Below are positions 26,574 through 39,336 of a DNA stretch of 40,349 nt, piece after piece. How positions within the stretch are numbered: the stretch's first letter is position 1; every line of letters begins with the position of its first letter. The translations under genes and the position numbers were made by a program. Under the pieces are notes generated by a model. It was not told where the DNA came from and did not search any database. It saw only the letters and a list, made by a program, of their open reading frames with translations. Source of the DNA: Alcanivorax sp. (GTDB lineage Bacteria; Pseudomonadota; Gammaproteobacteria; Pseudomonadales; Alcanivoracaceae); assembly GCA_007135015.1 (NCBI GenBank), contig SLJS01000146.1, positions 1-40,349 on the forward strand, read 5' to 3'.

Positions 26574-27959
26574 TCAGCGCCGGTTATGACGCAGCAGGCG
26601 CTTGCGCCGCTTGCGCTGGCGCGGGGTGAGGGGATTGGACTTGCCTTCCCAGGGGTTGCGCCCGGATTTGAACTCCACGCGCACCGGCGTGCCCTCCAGT
26701 TCCAGCAGCTGTCGGAAACGGTTTTCCAGATAGCGCCGGTAGCCGTCCGGCAGCGCCTCGACCTTGTTGCCGTGAATCACGATGCGTGGCGGGTTCCCGC
26801 CGCCGATATGGGCATAACGCAGTTTGGGCCGGTGGCGGCCGATCATCGGCGGGGAATGTTCACTGACCAGATCTTCCAGCAGGCGGGTAAGGCGGCCGGT
26901 GCTGACCTTCGGGAAGGCCGAGGCCTTCGCCCGGTCGATCAGTTCGTAGAGGTCCCCGACGCCGGTGCCGTGCAGCGCCGAGGTGAACTGCACCCGGATC
27001 CAGGGGGCGAAACCCAGTTGCTCGCCGAGCTGCTGGCGCACCCGCAGACGAAAGTCCTGTGACAATCCGTCCCACTTGTTCAGGGCCACCACCACGGAGC
27101 GACCGGCCTCCAGAACATGGGCCAGCAGGTGCTGGTCCTGGTCGGTCATGCCCTCGCGGGCGTCCACCACCAGCACCACCACCTCGGCGGCCTCCACCGC
27201 CTGCATGGCCTTGATCACCGAGAACTTTTCCACTGCCTCGAATACCCGGCCCCGGCGGCGCACTCCGGCGGTATCGATCAGAAGGTAGCGCCGGCCGGCA
27301 CGCTCCAGTGGTACGTGGATGGCATCGCGGGTGGTTCCGGCCTCGTCATAGACCACCACCCGTTCCTCGCCGAGCATGCGGTTGAGCAGGGTGGACTTGC
27401 CCACATTGGGCCGGCCCAGAATCGCCACCCGGGTTTCCTCGCCCTCCTCCGCCGACTCCGGCTCCGCGACGGGAAAATCGGCCAGCGATTCCTCGATGAG
27501 CCCGCGAACGCCCCGGCCATGGGCGGCGGCGATGGCGTGCAATCGCGGGAAGCCCAGGGCATGAAAATCAGCGCTGGCTACTTCCGGGTCCAGACCGTCG
27601 GTCTTGTTGACCACCAGGTGCACGGGCTTGTCCAGCACGCGCAGCTGCGCGGCCAGTTCCTCGTCCGCCGAGTTGATCCCGGCGCGGCCATCGACCAGAA
27701 AGAACACCAGGTCGGCCTCCTCCAGCGCCGCCCGGGCCTGGTCGGTGATGGGCGCGACCACGCCTTCCAGGCCTTCGCCGATACCGCCGGTATCGATCAC
27801 CATGAAGGGGCGCTCGCCCAGACGTCCATGGCCGTACTTGCGGTCCCGGGTCAGTCCGGGCAGTTCCGCCACCAGGGCATCACGGCTGCGGGTAAGCTGG
27901 TTGAACAGGGTGGATTTACCCACATTGGGCCGCCCCACCAGCGCAATAACGGGCTTCAT
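26574..27959 (-). CDS. der: ribosome-biogenesis GTPase Der (EngA)
   Basis: Two tandem GTPase domains ([12 protein letters not shown] and [12 protein letters not shown], with DTGG/DTAG and NKTD/NKWD) plus a basic KH-like C-terminus. Confidence 0.97.
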   Translation of the reverse strand: MKPVIALVGRPNVGKSTLFNQLTRSRDALVAELPGLTRDRKYGHGRLGERPFMVIDTGGIGEGLEGVVAPITDQARAALEEADLVFFLVDGRAGINSADEELAAQLRVLDKPVHLVVNKTDGLDPEVASADFHALGFPRLHAIAAAHGRGVRGLIEESLADFPVAEPESAEEGEETRVAILGRPNVGKSTLLNRMLGEERVVVYDEAGTTRDAIHVPLERAGRRYLLIDTAGVRRRGRVFEAVEKFSVIKAMQAVEAAEVVVLVVDAREGMTDQDQHLLAHVLEAGRSVVVALNKWDGLSQDFRLRVRQQLGEQLGFAPWIRVQFTSALHGTGVGDLYELIDRAKASAFPKVSTGRLTRLLEDLVSEHSPPMIGRHRPKLRYAHIGGGNPPRIVIHGNKVEALPDGYRRYLENRFRQLLELEGTPVRVEFKSGRNPWEGKSNPLTPRQRKRRKRLLRHNRR

Positions 27960-29119
27960 CTCGTTACCTGGTCATCGCGCTCGCGCAATTCGTAGGCGGC
28001 CAGCCAGCCGCGGCTGCCCAGCGCATAGAGCACACCGTCGCGAACCACCGGTGTCGCCGCCATGCCCTGCGGTTGATGGGGGTGACGCATCACCAGGTGT
28101 CCGGTCTCTCCGTCAAGCCAGTGCAGATACCCCTCACTGTCGGCGGTGACCACATAACCGCCGTGCACCACCACCCCGGTAAGCCCGCCCCGGTCGGAAA
28201 GCGCGTCCTGACGCCAGAGGTCGTTACCGGAGCGCGAATCCAGTGCCCAGACATTGCCGTCGTTGTCCGCCACATAGAGCCTGCCTCCATCGGCGGCGAC
28301 GGGCGCATGGGTGGACATGGGCCGGTTCCACAGTGGTCCGCCGGAATGACGTTCCAGGCGCATGGCGTTGCCCTGGTAATTGGCCACATAGAGCGCGGAG
28401 CCCTCGAGAACCAGGTTATTGGTGACATCCACCAGCCGTTCCAGCTCCGAACGTCCGGTGGGTTCGGACACCCTGCGCTCCCAGACGGGTGCGCCGCTGG
28501 CGGTGTCCAGCGCCACCACCTTGCCGTTGGCCAGGCCGGCATACACCCGGTTGCCCGCGATCAGCGGCTCGCCGGTGCCCCGCAGGATCAGGATGGGAAC
28601 AGACGAGTCGAAGGTCCAGTGGCGCTCGCCGGTGTCGCGCTCGAGCGCCACCACGCGACCGTCCAGGGTCTGGAATACCACCAGTTGTTCATTCACCGCC
28701 GGGGCGGCAAGCAGCTCACCGCCCAGCGAGGTGCGCCACAGCTGTGATCCGTCCCCGGTGTCCAGCGCCACTGCTTCGCCTTCACGAGTGCCGTACACCA
28801 CCATGCTGAAGCCTGCGTACAGCCCGGTGGCAATACGATCCCCGGTGGACTTTCGCCAGATCCGGCTGCCGCTGTCGCGCTCGCGGGCATGGACCCGCCC
28901 GCGATGGTCCGCGGCATAGATCCGTTCCGAGGTCACCGCGGGAGCGAGATGCAGAAAGCCCTTGCCGATCCCGGCACCACTGTCCCGGGCCCAGAGGCGC
29001 TGGACGCGGTGCTCGGCGCGCTCGTCCTCCAGTTCGGGCATGGTCAGCGTCTCCGGCGGGCGCAGTCCGCACCCGCCGAGAAGCAACAGCGCAAAAAATA
29101 CTACAAGGAGCCGATTCAC
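27956..29119 (-). CDS. bamB: outer-membrane protein assembly factor BamB (PQQ-like beta-propeller lipoprotein)
   Basis: Lipoprotein signal [18 protein letters not shown]. Repeated propeller blades (G.v.ALD..tG...W). Conserved position between yfgM and der. Confidence 0.9.
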   Translation of the reverse strand: MNRLLVVFFALLLLGGCGLRPPETLTMPELEDERAEHRVQRLWARDSGAGIGKGFLHLAPAVTSERIYAADHRGRVHARERDSGSRIWRKSTGDRIATGLYAGFSMVVYGTREGEAVALDTGDGSQLWRTSLGGELLAAPAVNEQLVVFQTLDGRVVALERDTGERHWTFDSSVPILILRGTGEPLIAGNRVYAGLANGKVVALDTASGAPVWERRVSEPTGRSELERLVDVTNNLVLEGSALYVANYQGNAMRLERHSGGPLWNRPMSTHAPVAADGGRLYVADNDGNVWALDSRSGNDLWRQDALSDRGGLTGVVVHGGYVVTADSEGYLHWLDGETGHLVMRHPHQPQGMAATPVVRDGVLYALGSRGWLAAYELRERDDQVTR

Positions 29120-29763
29120 GATGCGGACTTCAGATCGTCGAGTTTCATGCGCACCCGGTCACGTTCGCGGGGCGAGCCTTCCAGGATATCCAGGGCGGAC
29201 TCGTAGGCCTGACGGGCGCCTTCAAGATCGCCCTGGCGGCGCAGGGCATCACCACGAACCTCCCGCGCCTGGCCTTCCCATGCCGGGGAAAAACCGCCGG
29301 CAAGCTGTTCCAGCGTGCGTTCCGTCTGGTCCATCTCCAGGTAGAGTCGTGCCAGGCGCATCCGGGCGGTGTATTCCAGATTCTCCGAGGCCGGACTGTC
29401 GGCCACACGCTGCAGATGTTCCGCCGCCTGTTCCAGCTCCCCGTCTTCCACCGCCAGCCGCGCCAGCATGAGGCTGGCATAGTCGGCGTAGGCGCTGCGG
29501 GGAAAGTCCTCCAGCAGCTGCTCCGCCGGCCCCTGCACCTGCTCCGGCGCGGCTCCGGCCGCGCCCTGGTCCAGCACCTGCGCCGCCGAGATCATGTTCT
29601 GGTACAACGCCGACGCCTCGGCGGAGGTGGCCTCCTGCTGCGCCTGCCACTGCCGCCAGCCAAGAATCAGCGCGATGGCGGCCACGATGGCCAGAATGGT
29701 GGTGAAACCGTGTTTCTCCCACCATTCGCGGATGATTTCCGCCTGTTCCTCTTCGGTGCGCAC
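29116..29763 (-). CDS. yfgM: YfgM-family membrane-anchored TPR-like protein
   Basis: N-terminal EEQAEIIREWWEKHG followed by one TM helix and a TPR-like C-domain. Conserved position between hisS and bamB. Confidence 0.7.
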   Translation of the reverse strand: MRTEEEQAEIIREWWEKHGFTTILAIVAAIALILGWRQWQAQQEATSAEASALYQNMISAAQVLDQGAAGAAPEQVQGPAEQLLEDFPRSAYADYASLMLARLAVEDGELEQAAEHLQRVADSPASENLEYTARMRLARLYLEMDQTERTLEQLAGGFSPAWEGQAREVRGDALRRQGDLEGARQAYESALDILEGSPRERDRVRMKLDDLKSAS

Positions 29764-29779
29764 GAATCGTTCTCCCGTT

Positions 29780-31051
29780 TCAGTTCGGTGTCAGTAACTC
29801 GGCAAGCCGCGTTCCCAGTTGCCCGCGGGGCACTTCTTCCTGGGGCCCGTCCCCGCGCAGGGGCTTTACCGTGACGCTGTCGTTTTCCAGTTCCTGTTCC
29901 CCCAGCAACAGGGCCAGGTGCGCGCCACTACGGTCGGCCTTCTTCATCTGGCTCTTGAAGCTGCCGCCGCCGCAGTGGCAGACGATGCGCCGCCCGGGCA
30001 ATGTATTGCGCAACTCTTCCGCCAGCAACAGCGCCGCCGTGGATTGTCCCGGCGCCACTATATAGAGTTCCGCGGGCGCCGGCAGTTCCGGAGTATTCTG
30101 CTCGAGCAGCAGAACCAGCCGCTCCAGGCCCATGGCGAAACCCACCGCCGGCGTGGAGCGCCCGCCGAGCTGCTCGACCAGCCCGTCATAACGCCCCCCG
30201 GCACAGACCGTGCCCTGGGCGCCCAGCGCGTCGGTGACCCATTCGAAAACGGTCCGGCCATAGTAGTCCAGCCCCCGCACCAGGCGAGGGTTGACCTCGT
30301 AGGCCAGCCCGGCGGCATCCAGCATGGCGCACAGCTCGCGAAAGTGCTCGCGGGCCTCGTCGCCCAGGTACTCCTCCAGGCGCGGTGCATCCTCGAGCAC
30401 CTCCCGGGTGCCCGGGTCCTTGGTGTCCAGGATACGCAGCGGATTGCGCTCCAGCCGCCGCTGGCTGTCGTCGTCGAGACGCTCGCGGTGCCGTGAAAGA
30501 TACGCAACGAGCGCTTCGCGGTAACGCCCGCGGTCCTCCGGCTCGCCCAGGCTGTTGAGTTCCAGCCGGACATGGTCGGCCAGCCCCAGCGCCCGCCAGA
30601 TACGCGCGGTCATCAGGATCAGCTCGGCATCAATGTCCGGGCCGGACATGCCGAAGGTCTCCACGCCGATCTGGTGGAACTGACGATACCTGCCGGCCTG
30701 GGGACGCTCATGGCGGAACATGGGGCCGGCATACCAGAGCCGCTGAACCTGGTTGTGCAACAGCCCGTGCTCGCGGGCGGCGCGGACACAGCCGGCGGTC
30801 CCCTCGGGCCGCAGGGTCAGCGAATCGCCGTTGCGATCGGCGAAGCTGTACATTTCCTTTTCCACGATATCCGTGGCCTCGCCGATGGAGCGCCGGAAAA
30901 GCTCCGTGTGCTCCAGCACCGGCATGCGGATCTCGCCGTAGCCGTAACCGCAGAGCACCTCGCGTACACGGTCCTCCAGCCACTGCCAGAGGCGCGTATG
31001 CTCGGGCAGAATGTCATTCATGCCCCGGATCGAGGCAACCTTGTCGCTCAA
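29780..31051 (-). CDS. hisS: histidine--tRNA ligase
   Basis: [45 protein letters not shown], and a class IIa anticodon-binding C-domain. Confidence 0.97.
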   Translation of the reverse strand: MSDKVASIRGMNDILPEHTRLWQWLEDRVREVLCGYGYGEIRMPVLEHTELFRRSIGEATDIVEKEMYSFADRNGDSLTLRPEGTAGCVRAAREHGLLHNQVQRLWYAGPMFRHERPQAGRYRQFHQIGVETFGMSGPDIDAELILMTARIWRALGLADHVRLELNSLGEPEDRGRYREALVAYLSRHRERLDDDSQRRLERNPLRILDTKDPGTREVLEDAPRLEEYLGDEAREHFRELCAMLDAAGLAYEVNPRLVRGLDYYGRTVFEWVTDALGAQGTVCAGGRYDGLVEQLGGRSTPAVGFAMGLERLVLLLEQNTPELPAPAELYIVAPGQSTAALLLAEELRNTLPGRRIVCHCGGGSFKSQMKKADRSGAHLALLLGEQELENDSVTVKPLRGDGPQEEVPRGQLGTRLAELLTPN

Positions 31052-31106
31052 CCGTCACTCCTGAAACTATCCGGAAGGTTGGAACCGTCCCGCGGGCCGC
31101 TGGAAC

Positions 31107-32243
31107 TCAGGCCCCGGGATTTCCCTGATCACTGCGTACAATCACGCCCTTTTCCTCGTCCTCGCGCTTCTTCGCCACCTGCGCGCGCACCATCTGCTCG
31201 AGCTCGTCGACCAGCTGTTCCCGGCGGATATGATGGCTTTTGCTTCCACCCACATAGGACAGATTGTTGGGCGTGCCCCCGGTCAGTCCGATGTCTGCCT
31301 CGCGGGCCTCGCCGGGACCGTTGACCAGGCAGCCGATCACGGCCAGGTCCACGGATTCGTTGACATCCTCGAGCCGGGCTTCCAGCTCGTTGACAGTGCC
31401 GATTACATCAAAGTTCTGCCGCGAGCAGCTCGGGCAGGCAATGATGTTCACACCCTTGGTGCGCAGGCCGAGACTCTTGAGAATGTCCCAGCCCACACGT
31501 ACTTCCTCGACCGGGTCGGCGGCCAGGGAAATGCGCAGGGTATCGCCGATCCCTTCGGCCAGCAGCATGCCCAGGGCCACCGAGGATTTCACCGTGCCCG
31601 AGCGCAGCACACCCGCCTCGGTGACTCCCAGGTGCAGGGGCTGTTCGATCTGTGCCGAGAGCTTGCGGTAGGCCTCCACGGTCATGAAGACGTTGGACGC
31701 CTTCACGCTGATCTTGAAATCCTGGAAGTCATGGCGGTCCAGAATCTCCACATGGCGCAGGGCGGACTCCACCAGGGCGTCACTGTTGGGCTCACCGTAC
31801 TTGCGCTGCAGTTCCTTCTCCAGCGAGCCCGCATTGACCCCTACCCGGATCGGCAGACCATGATCCTTCGCGCACTGGATGACCTCGCGAATACGATCCT
31901 CGCGACCGATATTGCCCGGATTGATACGCAGGCAGTCCACGCCGCGCCCCGCCACGTCCAGGGCAATGCGATAGTCATAGTGAATGTCCGCCACCAGGGG
32001 CACATTCACCTGCTCGCGGATCCTGCCGAATGCCTCCGAGGAGTCCATGTCCGGCACCGAGACCCGCACGATATCCACCCCTGCCTTCTCCAGGGCATGA
32101 ATCTGGGCGACCGTGGCCTCCACGTCACAGGTATCGGTATTGGTCATGCTCTGCACGGTGATCGGCGCATCGCCGCCCACCGGCACATTGCCGACCATGA
32201 TCTGCCGTGTCTTGCGACGCTGGATGGGTGTTTCCGGTTGCAT
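31107..32243 (-). CDS. ispG: 4-hydroxy-3-methylbut-2-en-1-yl diphosphate synthase (flavodoxin)
   Basis: [43 protein letters not shown] and GCLVNGPGE. Confidence 0.97.
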   Translation of the reverse strand: MQPETPIQRRKTRQIMVGNVPVGGDAPITVQSMTNTDTCDVEATVAQIHALEKAGVDIVRVSVPDMDSSEAFGRIREQVNVPLVADIHYDYRIALDVAGRGVDCLRINPGNIGREDRIREVIQCAKDHGLPIRVGVNAGSLEKELQRKYGEPNSDALVESALRHVEILDRHDFQDFKISVKASNVFMTVEAYRKLSAQIEQPLHLGVTEAGVLRSGTVKSSVALGMLLAEGIGDTLRISLAADPVEEVRVGWDILKSLGLRTKGVNIIACPSCSRQNFDVIGTVNELEARLEDVNESVDLAVIGCLVNGPGEAREADIGLTGGTPNNLSYVGGSKSHHIRREQLVDELEQMVRAQVAKKREDEEKGVIVRSDQGNPGA

Positions 32244-32260
32244 CGTCTCTCCCGGCCCGC

Positions 32261-33097
32261 TCAGGGCACGGTTACCCGTACCACCTGCCCGGGCCTGCCT
32301 TGCGGTAACTCCAGGGACTGGTCATTGACTTCCAGGCTCGCCAGTGCGGGGGCATTGCCCAGCGTAACCCGGAAGGGGGCGGTGCCGCCAAGCTCCAGTT
32401 CACCGCCAGCGGGCTGGTTTCCCTGGTAGATCCGCTCGCCGGTTTCCTGTTCGTGAACTTCGAGCCAGCACTGGTCCTCGAACCGCATGCGCAGTGTATC
32501 CGTGCCCGCGGCCTGGTCCCGGGCGGCCACCGTCTCTTCCGGCCCACGGCGTCCGTCACCGGAAAGTCCCTCGACCGGTTCCACCGGCTCCGGCTCCACC
32601 GGCTGTTGCGCCTGCGGCGCTTCGGCGCCAGTCTCTTCCCGCCCTGTTGCGACGTCGGGCAACGGTTCCGGGCTCTCCGCGGTGGACGGTTCATCCGCCA
32701 CCGGCTCCGGCGTTTCCCCGCCGGCCAGCCACAGCACCGCCACCACGATCACCAGGGCCACAGCACCCGCGGGCCAGACCCAGAAGGGCGCGCCATCGGC
32801 GTCCAGCCGTTCCTCCGGCTCGGTCTCGGCGCGCTGATCGTCTCCGGCGGATGAATCATTCACCAGCCGCTCGAAATCGGCGACCAGCTCGTCACCAGGC
32901 AGGCCCAGCATCTTGGCATAGCTGCGCAGATAACCCCGCACGAAGGCAGGCTGGGGCAGGCGAGCGTAATCGTCCGCTTCAAGGGCCTGCAGATAGGTTC
33001 GTGAAAGGCGCAGGCGCGCGGAAATGTCCTCGGGGTCAAGCCCTTGCCGCTCCCTTTCCTCGCGAAGTCGCTGCCCGGGCAGTGCGGCGTTGCTCAT
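32261..33097 (-). CDS. rodZ: cytoskeleton protein RodZ (XRE-type HTH, TM helix, Pro/Glu-rich linker, C-terminal beta domain)
   Basis: [56 protein letters not shown], one TM helix, and the conserved position upstream of ispG. Confidence 0.8.
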   Translation of the reverse strand: MSNAALPGQRLREERERQGLDPEDISARLRLSRTYLQALEADDYARLPQPAFVRGYLRSYAKMLGLPGDELVADFERLVNDSSAGDDQRAETEPEERLDADGAPFWVWPAGAVALVIVVAVLWLAGGETPEPVADEPSTAESPEPLPDVATGREETGAEAPQAQQPVEPEPVEPVEGLSGDGRRGPEETVAARDQAAGTDTLRMRFEDQCWLEVHEQETGERIYQGNQPAGGELELGGTAPFRVTLGNAPALASLEVNDQSLELPQGRPGQVVRVTVP

Positions 33098-33888
33098 CAG
33101 GAATAGCCCTCCTGCTCACGCCACTCCCGCCAGGCGCGGAACTCCGGGGAACGCGGAAACTCTTCTTCGAGAACACGCTCCATGGTTTCCCGTTCGCGGC
33201 GGTTGCCGTTCGCCTCGGCGATCCGGATTCCGATCCACAGCGCGCGCGGGCCCTGATTGTCCACTCCGCCCACACGGTTGGTGTATTCCCCGAAATAGTT
33301 CGCGGCGGTGCGAAAATTGCCTTTTTCATGGTGCAGCCGGGCCAGCTCCAGGTAGGGCCGCACCGCGTTGCGGTCCAGGCGCACCGCCCGGTTGAACGCC
33401 GCCAGGGCCTCTTCGGGCTGTTCGAGCTGCACATGGGCACGGCCCAGATGCTCGTAGGCCAGCGCCCGCCGGTCATAGGCCTGGTTGTCCGCCGCGCGCC
33501 GGAGTTCGCGCACCGCTTCCCGGTAACGTCCCTCGCGCAGCAGCATGGTGCCGTAGTTGGTGCGCGCCGGCGCATAATCCCGGTCCGCGCGCAACGCCTT
33601 GCGATAGTGTTCCTCCTCGCGCTCGGCATCATCCTCGTAGCGATACAGCAAGGCCATGGCGTTATGTGCCCGGGCGTTGCGGTTGTCCATCTCCAGCGCC
33701 CGTACCAGGTGCTGGCGGGCCTCGTTGGGGCGGTCCATCTGCAGGTATTCCAGCGCGGCCGAGACACGGTTCGCCACCGCCTCGTCGGTGCGAACCTCAC
33801 GAACCCCGTCGTTGGTGCGCACACAGCCCGACACGAGCAGCACCGCCGCCAGTAGCACCGTAACGCCACGAATCCACATTCCGCTCAC
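33097..33888 (-). CDS. pilW: type IV pilus biogenesis/stability TPR lipoprotein PilW (PilF-type)
   Basis: Lipobox LLVSGCV, TPR repeats throughout, and the conserved position between rlmN and rodZ. Confidence 0.7.
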   Translation of the reverse strand: MSGMWIRGVTVLLAAVLLVSGCVRTNDGVREVRTDEAVANRVSAALEYLQMDRPNEARQHLVRALEMDNRNARAHNAMALLYRYEDDAEREEEHYRKALRADRDYAPARTNYGTMLLREGRYREAVRELRRAADNQAYDRRALAYEHLGRAHVQLEQPEEALAAFNRAVRLDRNAVRPYLELARLHHEKGNFRTAANYFGEYTNRVGGVDNQGPRALWIGIRIAEANGNRRERETMERVLEEEFPRSPEFRAWREWREQEGYS

Positions 33889-35033
33889 CGCTGCAAAGGC
33901 CCGGCCTCGCCGGCCTGCTCCTGGTTGCGAAGGAATACCGCCTCGCGCCAGCGCTCGCTGCGGCGGGTACGGTCCATGACCTCCCCGACCAGCTGCCCGC
34001 AGGCGGCGTCGATGTCATCCCCTCGCGTCGTCCTTATTGTGGTCATCAGGCCATTGTCATTCAGAAACCTGTGAAATTCCATGATGCTTTCCCGGGAAGA
34101 GCGCTCATACCCCGCATCCGGGAAGGGATTGAAGGGGATCAGGTTGATCTTGACCGACATGCCCTTCAGCAACCGCAGCAGCTGGCGGGCATGCTCGGGC
34201 CGGTCGTTCACATCCCGCAGCATTACATATTCGATGGTAATGGTCTTGTGACGATGTGTAATCGCGTCACTATAGCGCCGGCAGGCGGCCAGCAGCTCTT
34301 CCAGCGGGTACTTGCGGTTCAGCGGCACCAGCTCGTCGCGGAGCTCGTCGTTGGGCGCGTGCAGCGAGATAGCCAGCGACACGTCCAGCTCGGCGCTGAG
34401 CCGGTCGATCATGGGGACCACGCCGGAGGTGCTCAGCGTAATGCGCTTCTTGGAAATCCCGTAGCCCAGGTCGTCCTTCATGACCCGCATGGCGCGCACC
34501 ACATTGTCGTAATTGAGCAGAGGCTCGCCCATGCCCATCATCACCACATTGGTGATGGGGTGTTCGCCCAGGTTGGTGCGCGGGCCGAAGGACCGGGCGG
34601 CCAGCCAGACCTGACCGATGATCTCGGCGCTGGTCAGATCCCGCTGAAAGCCCTGCTTGCCGGTGGAGCAGAAGCTGCAGTCCAGCGCGCAGCCCACCTG
34701 GGAGGACACGCAGAGAGTGCCGCGGCGCCCGTCGGGGATGAACACCACCTCGATGGCACCGCCGCCGTCCACTTTCAGCACCCACTTGCGGGTACCGTCC
34801 CGGGAGATCCCCTCATGCAGCACCTCCGGAGCGCGAATCTCGGCGATTTCGGCCAGCTTTGCACGCAGCACCTTGCCCACGTCGGTCATGTGCTCGAAAT
34901 CGTCCACCTGATGGTGATGGATCCACTTGAGAATCTGCCGGGCACGGAACTTCTTCTCGCCCAGCGAGAGGAAGAACTCCTCCATCTCCGGCAGTGACAT
35001 CCCCAGCAGGTTGACGCGCTCGCTGGCACTCAT
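33885..35033 (-). CDS. rlmN: 23S rRNA/tRNA (adenine-C2)-methyltransferase RlmN (radical SAM)
   Basis: [38 protein letters not shown] and a C-terminal [11 protein letters not shown]. Confidence 0.95.
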   Translation of the reverse strand: MSASERVNLLGMSLPEMEEFFLSLGEKKFRARQILKWIHHHQVDDFEHMTDVGKVLRAKLAEIAEIRAPEVLHEGISRDGTRKWVLKVDGGGAIEVVFIPDGRRGTLCVSSQVGCALDCSFCSTGKQGFQRDLTSAEIIGQVWLAARSFGPRTNLGEHPITNVVMMGMGEPLLNYDNVVRAMRVMKDDLGYGISKKRITLSTSGVVPMIDRLSAELDVSLAISLHAPNDELRDELVPLNRKYPLEELLAACRRYSDAITHRHKTITIEYVMLRDVNDRPEHARQLLRLLKGMSVKINLIPFNPFPDAGYERSSRESIMEFHRFLNDNGLMTTIRTTRGDDIDAACGQLVGEVMDRTRRSERWREAVFLRNQEQAGEAGPLQR

Positions 35034-35038
35034 GGTGT

Positions 35039-35470
35039 TTACCCCTTGCGTGGACAGATCTCTTCCGCCCGGAAGAAATAGTCGATCTCGCGGGCGGCCG
35101 ACTCGGGAGAATCGGAGCCATGCACGGCATTGGCATCGATGGTTTCGGCGAAATCGGCGCGGATGGTGCCCGGCTCCGCTTCCTTCGGATTGGTCGCCCC
35201 CATCAGGTCCCGGTTGGCGGCAATGGCGTTGTCGCCCTCGAGCACCTGTACCACCACGGGCCCGCTGGTCATGAAACCGACCAGGTCATTGAAGAAGGGC
35301 CGCTCGCGGTGCTCGGCATAGAAGCCCTCGGCCTGCTCCTGATCCAGCTGGATCATTTTCATGGCCAGGATCCGCAGACCGGCCTTCTCGAAACGGGCGT
35401 TGATCTCGCCGATCAGGTTCTTTGCCACCGCATCGGGCTTGATGATGGACAGGGTGCGCTCTACAGCCAT
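35039..35470 (-). CDS. ndk: nucleoside-diphosphate kinase
   Basis: [15 protein letters not shown]...NAVHGSDS (active-site His); 143 aa. GGAGAAAGG Shine-Dalgarno upstream of ATG 35470. The track ORF extends artificially to 35668. Confidence 0.97.
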   Translation of the reverse strand: MAVERTLSIIKPDAVAKNLIGEINARFEKAGLRILAMKMIQLDQEQAEGFYAEHRERPFFNDLVGFMTSGPVVVQVLEGDNAIAANRDLMGATNPKEAEPGTIRADFAETIDANAVHGSDSPESAAREIDYFFRAEEICPRKG

Positions 35471-35672
35471 GGAAACCTTTCTCCGGGTTACGGTAAACGG
35501 AATGCCCCGTTTCATGCCTTTCCGGGGCGCCAAAGGTCGCGAATTATACGCTTGTGGCAGCGAATATGATACCGTTGGCAACCCCGGCCGGCGAAGGGTG
35601 AGTGCCCCGCGGAACGCAAGTATCCGCTCACTTACCTGCCGAATCGCGGTTCCCTCCGAAGGGCCCATCGCC

Positions 35673-35702
35673 TATAATACCTGAGTAAAATACTCTGGTA
35701 TT
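35673..35702 (+). promoter_or_regulatory. candidate suf promoter -10 element (TATAAT 35673-35678) overlapping a 27-bp palindromic operator-like site
   Basis: AATACC-N15-GGTATT (35676-35702) lies about 95 nt upstream of the sufB ATG in the ndk/sufB divergent region. The regulator is unknown. Confidence 0.3.
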
Positions 35703-35794
35703 TACCTCCGGAGTTCATTACCATCCCCGCCGGTGCCCGCAGAGCCTCCGGCGCGCGGGTGCAGCACAACGCGGACGACGCGGGAAAGGTGACC

Positions 35795-37288
35795 ATGAGC
35801 AACCAGCAGGCAGAACTGGACAAGGCAATTGAGCGGGAATACGAAGCCGGTTTCACCACCGACGTGGAATCGGACACCCTCCCGCCCGGGCTCGACGAGG
35901 ACGTGATTCGCCATATCTCGGCGAAGAAGAACGAGCCCGAATGGCTGCTCGACTGGCGGCTGCAGGCCTACCGGGGCTGGCAGGAAATGCCGCACCCGAG
36001 ATGGGCGCATGTGCACTACCCGAAGATCGACTTCAACAGCATCTCCTACTATTCGGCGCCGCGGAGCATGGCCGACGGCCCCCGCAGCCTGGACGAGGTG
36101 GACCCGGAGCTGCTGCGCACCTACGAGAAACTGGGCATCCCGCTGCACGAGCAGGAAATGCTCGCCGGGGTCCAGAACCCGGAACACGCCGCGGACGAGC
36201 AGCAAGGCTCCAGCAACGTGGCCGTGGACGCGGTCTTCGACTCCGTATCCGTGGCAACCACCTTCAAGAAGAAGCTGGCCGAGGCGGGCGTCATCTTCTG
36301 CTCGATCTCCGAGGCGGTGCAAGAGCACCCCGAGCTGATTCGCAAGTACCTGGGCACGGTGGTGCCCAAGGGCGACAACTTCTTCGCCGCGCTCAACTCG
36401 GCGGTGTTCACCGACGGCTCCTTCGTCTATATCCCGCCGGGCGTGCGCTGCCCCATGGAGCTGTCCACCTATTTCCGCATCAACGAGGCGAACACCGGGC
36501 AGTTCGAACGTACCCTGATCGTCGCCGACGAAGGCAGCCACGTCAGCTATCTCGAGGGCTGCACCGCGCCCCAGCGCGACGAGAACCAGCTTCACGCGGC
36601 GGTGGTGGAACTGGTGGCCCTGCCCGGTGCGCAGATCAAGTACTCCACGGTACAGAACTGGTACCCGGGCGACGCCGAGGGCAAGGGCGGCATCTACAAC
36701 TTCGTCACCAAGCGCGGCGTGGCCCACGACAATTCGCACATCTCCTGGACCCAGGTGGAAACCGGCTCGGCGATCACCTGGAAGTATCCCAGCGTGGTGC
36801 TGCGCGGCGACAATGCTGTCGGCGAGTTCTATTCCGTGGCGCTGGCGCGCAACTACCAGCAGGCGGACACCGGCACCAAGATGATCCATCTGGGCCGCAA
36901 TACCCGCAGCACCATCGTGTCCAAGGGCATCTCCGCCGGCCATGCCGAAAACAGCTACCGAGGCCTGGTGCGCTTCGGCCCCCGGGCGGATAACGCGCGC
37001 AACTTCACCCAGTGCGACTCGCTGCTGCTGGGCGAGCACTGCGGCGCGCACACCTTCCCCTATATCGAGAGCCGCAATCCCTCCGCCACCGTGGAACACG
37101 AGGCCACCACCTCCCGGGTGAGCGAGGACCAGCTTTTCCTGTGCCTGCAGCGCGGGCTGGACGAGGAAAAGGCCGTGTCCATGATCGTCAACGGCTTCTG
37201 CAAGGAAGTCTTCCGCGAGCTGCCCATGGAATTCGCCGTCGAGGCGGGCAAGCTTCTGGAAGTGAGCCTGGAAGGCGCGGTGGGCTGA
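35795..37288 (+). CDS. sufB: Fe-S cluster assembly protein SufB
   Basis: [45 protein letters not shown] and [16 protein letters not shown]-type motifs. Followed by sufC, sufD and sufS. Confidence 0.95.
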   Translation: MSNQQAELDKAIEREYEAGFTTDVESDTLPPGLDEDVIRHISAKKNEPEWLLDWRLQAYRGWQEMPHPRWAHVHYPKIDFNSISYYSAPRSMADGPRSLDEVDPELLRTYEKLGIPLHEQEMLAGVQNPEHAADEQQGSSNVAVDAVFDSVSVATTFKKKLAEAGVIFCSISEAVQEHPELIRKYLGTVVPKGDNFFAALNSAVFTDGSFVYIPPGVRCPMELSTYFRINEANTGQFERTLIVADEGSHVSYLEGCTAPQRDENQLHAAVVELVALPGAQIKYSTVQNWYPGDAEGKGGIYNFVTKRGVAHDNSHISWTQVETGSAITWKYPSVVLRGDNAVGEFYSVALARNYQQADTGTKMIHLGRNTRSTIVSKGISAGHAENSYRGLVRFGPRADNARNFTQCDSLLLGEHCGAHTFPYIESRNPSATVEHEATTSRVSEDQLFLCLQRGLDEEKAVSMIVNGFCKEVFRELPMEFAVEAGKLLEVSLEGAVG

Positions 37289-37330
37289 ACCGCCCGGCGC
37301 CTTCTTCCGCAAACCAGTCAGGAAACCGCA

Positions 37331-38088
<758 letters not shown>

Positions 38089-38092
<4 letters not shown>

Positions 38093-39336
38093 ACCTGGCC
38101 GAGCAGCTGAAAGAGCAGGCACTGACCGAAGCGCGCCGGCAGGCGGCCCGGGAAGACGGGCTGGCGGCACTGCGCCGGGAGGGCCTTGCCGCGCTGGAAC
38201 GCACGGACTTTCCCGGCCGCAAGACCGAGGCCTGGAAGTATACCTCGTTGCGCGCGCTCGAAGACGGTCACCTGAGCGCGCTCGCGCCGGCCCGGGAGCT
38301 CGAGGCGCCGGCGGACTTTGGCGGCCACCGGCTGGTGTTCATCAACGGACGCTTCAACGAGGCGCTGTCGCAACTGCCCGACGAGGCGGGCCTGGAAGTC
38401 ATTCGCCTGGACGGCAGCAGCGAGGCTGCGCCTGGCGCGAGCACGGAGTTCACCACACCCTTCGCCCATCTCAACGCGGCAGCCCTGGAAGACGGGCTGA
38501 TGTTGCGGGTGGCCGCGAACACCGCCGTGGAAACACCGGTGCATGTGTGCTTTGTCTCCAGCGCCGACTCGCCCGCCACCAGCCATACCCGGCTGCATCT
38601 GGAACTGGGCGAAGCCAGCAGCCTTGACCTGATCGAACACTACAGTGGCGACGGCCCCGCGCTGACCAACGCGGTCACCGAACTCCATGCCGGGCCGGCA
38701 AGTCGACTTCGCCATTACCGGCTGCAGTCGGAACAGACCGAAAGCCTGCATATCGGCAGCCTGCTGCTGGTCGCCAACCGCGACAGCCGGGTAGAAAGCT
38801 ATCAGCTCATGCAGGGCAGCCGCCTGCGGCGCAACGATGTGCGCGCGATACTGGCCGAATCCGGCGCGGAGCTGGACATGCGCGGCATCTTCATCGGCCG
38901 CGGCAAGAGCCATACCGACAACCAGGTATGCGTGGAGCATCGCGTACCCCACTGCCAGAGTCACCAGCTGTACAAGGGGCTCGCCGGCGACGAGGCACGG
39001 CTGGTATTCAACGGCCGCATTCACATTCATGCCGGCGCCCGGCAGTCCAGCGCTGACCTGACCAACAAGAATCTGTTGCTCAGCCGCGGCGCGGAAGTCG
39101 ACACCAAGCCGGAGCTGGAGATCTACAACGACGACGTGCAGTGCTCCCACGGCACCACCGTGGGCCAGATGGACCATGACGCACTGTTCTACCTGCGCAG
39201 CCGGGGCGTGGACGAGAAGACCGCCCAGCGCATGCTGGGGCTGGGCTTTGTCAATGAACTGCTGCAGGCCCTGCCCCATGAAGGCATTGCCGAATGGGCC
39301 CGCCCCTGGCTGGGACAATCCCTGGAGCAGCAATGA
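38089..39336 (+). CDS. sufD: Fe-S cluster assembly protein SufD
   Basis: SufB/SufD-type beta-helix C-terminal region (KPELEIYNDDVQCSHGTTVGQMDHDALFYLRSRG). Position between sufC and sufS, with ATGA overlaps at both ends. Confidence 0.85.

Noticed and set aside
35676-35702. Assigning the suf palindrome to IscR (type 2 site).
   Set aside because: The CC-to-GG spacing is 17 nt, against 15 nt in the motif as I recall it. I kept it only as an unassigned operator-like palindrome.
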